Positions 62,890 through 64,000 of a stretch of 64,000 nucleotides of DNA are shown here, in pieces (position 1 is the first letter of the stretch; every line of letters begins with the position of its first letter). This DNA comes from Podarcis bocagei (Eukaryota): NCBI GenBank assembly GCA_964188305.1, contig OZ076903.1, one strand, 5' to 3'. The notes beneath the pieces were generated by a model. The model was not told the origin of the DNA. It ran no database searches and was given only the letters and a program-made list of their open reading frames with translations. Both the position numbers and the translations under genes were made by a program.

Positions 62890-63440
62890 TCCAAGGAGCG
62901 GGTTTTTTTGCTTTGCGTCTTTCCCGTTCCAATTTCCCGCCCCGGAGGGAACCGGGCAGCGCCTCCTCGCGAAGCCGAGGCCGCCGAGAGCGGGGCGGGC
63001 CTGGGCGGAGGAGGCGGGCGGTGTTGGCGGCCGGCCTCCGCGACGAGGAGGGAGGGCGGGCTCTGCTTTGAGGCCCGCCCGGCATGCGAGGAGCGGGATG
63101 GCCGAAGCCGGGGACTATGTCGCCGTGGTCTCTCCGTCGACGCCGCCCCCCGGCCCGGGCAGGCCTCGCGGCGGGGAGCTGGGCGGCGGCACCCAGGCCT
63201 CGCAGCGCCTGCTGGCCTATAGCGACGCCCTGCTCTCCATCATCGCCACCGTCATGGTGAGTCTCTCGGAGGGCGGCCGGGCAGCCCAGTCAGGCGCGCC
63301 CCTTGCTGTGGGAGGGCGGGTGGAGCTGCACCTGTCGGAGTCCCGCCTGCTGCGCTAGACAGGCTGGGAGCAGGAACGAGGCGCAACTCCGGGGCTGCCC
63401 TTTGGCATGGAAGGGGCGAGGTTTCTGCAGCAGCGCGTCT
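62890..63440 (+). promoter_or_regulatory. CpG island / TMEM175 promoter
   Basis: GC- and CpG-rich with several GGGCGG boxes. Confidence 0.85.
63098..63256 (+). CDS. TMEM175: TMEM175 lysosomal K+/H+ channel, first coding exon (MAEAGDY...TQASQRLLAYSDALLSIIATVM)
   Basis: Matches human QRMLSFSDALLSIIATVM. Strong Kozak context gggATGg, GTGAGT donor at 63257, and synteny with GAK. Confidence 0.94.
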
Positions 63441-63519
63441 TCCTTTTTATTTATTTTTTAACATACCTACACACATAATTTTTATGGTATGCCACCTTTC
63501 CAAAGTTAGATTTATAAAA

Positions 63520-63640
63520 GAGATAAAAGGGACCCCAAGGGTCATCTAGCCCAACCCCCGCGATGCACAAATTCTTCCCCCAGTGGGGCTCGAACCCACG
63601 ACCCTGGGACTAAGAGTCTCATGCTCTACGCAATGAGCTA
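63520..63640 (-). mobile_element. tRNA-Lys-derived SINE with CR1-like tail; older copy at about 37125-37250 (+)
   Basis: Minus strand TAGCTCA..GTAGAGCATGAGACTCTTA..CAGGGTCGTGGGTTCGAGCCCCAC, followed by a CR1-like ggctagatgaccc segment. Confidence 0.7.
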
Positions 63641-64000
63641 TGGTATCAGTTCAGACCATACAACATGAAAAAATGCACAATTGCAGCGCAACAAAAGCAA
63701 TCATAAACAATAAACGAAACACCTAAAAATACACAATCTGACTGAACAATTCCTACGTAACCAGATCTAAAATAAAGGTATGAAAACCCCCAAACTATAC
63801 CCCAGCGCCTCTTCCTTTTTGAAGGTGAAGCAGCATGGCAGGATTAGACCCTGGGTCATGAGCCCTTTCAGCGTCACTCAGCCAGCTTCTGCAATACACA
63901 GGCAATAATAATCTTGCCTTCTTCCTTACGTTTCTACCCTGCCTAACGAAAATAGTAGTAACCATGTTGTTGCATCTGGCTGGGTTGCCCAAGCCTCTTG

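Noticed and set aside
63578-63640. tRNA-Lys(CTT) gene
   Set aside because: The acceptor stem is missing, the arms carry mismatches, and it is fused to a CR1-like tail, so it is a SINE.

Overview
Vertebrate genomic DNA from a squamate reptile, most likely a lacertid lizard: it carries many Sauria/POM-type SINEs plus BovB/RTE, CR1, L2, pogo/Tigger-like and hAT MITEs and solo LTRs. The window holds GAK coding exons 1-9 (kinase domain, minus strand, ATG at 32042) and the first coding exon of TMEM175 (plus strand, ATG at 63098). In human these two genes are head-to-head neighbours. Here they are about 31 kb apart, and the gap holds four notable things. (i) A complete, intact 9-exon S-adenosylmethionine synthetase gene (minus strand, 52129-40055, 389 aa) that looks like neither MAT1A nor MAT2A, has a rewritten gating loop, and carries a perfect METTL16 nonamer (UACAG|AGAA) exactly on its last 3' splice site. 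(ii) An intact orphan TMEM139/TMEM51-like terminal exon with PY motifs. (iii) A tandemly triplicated block of exon-like modules. (iv) A pogo-like MITE filled with tandem GC-rich palindromes. Exon boundaries were read by hand from GT/AG sites and protein similarity recalled from memory; no database searches were run.
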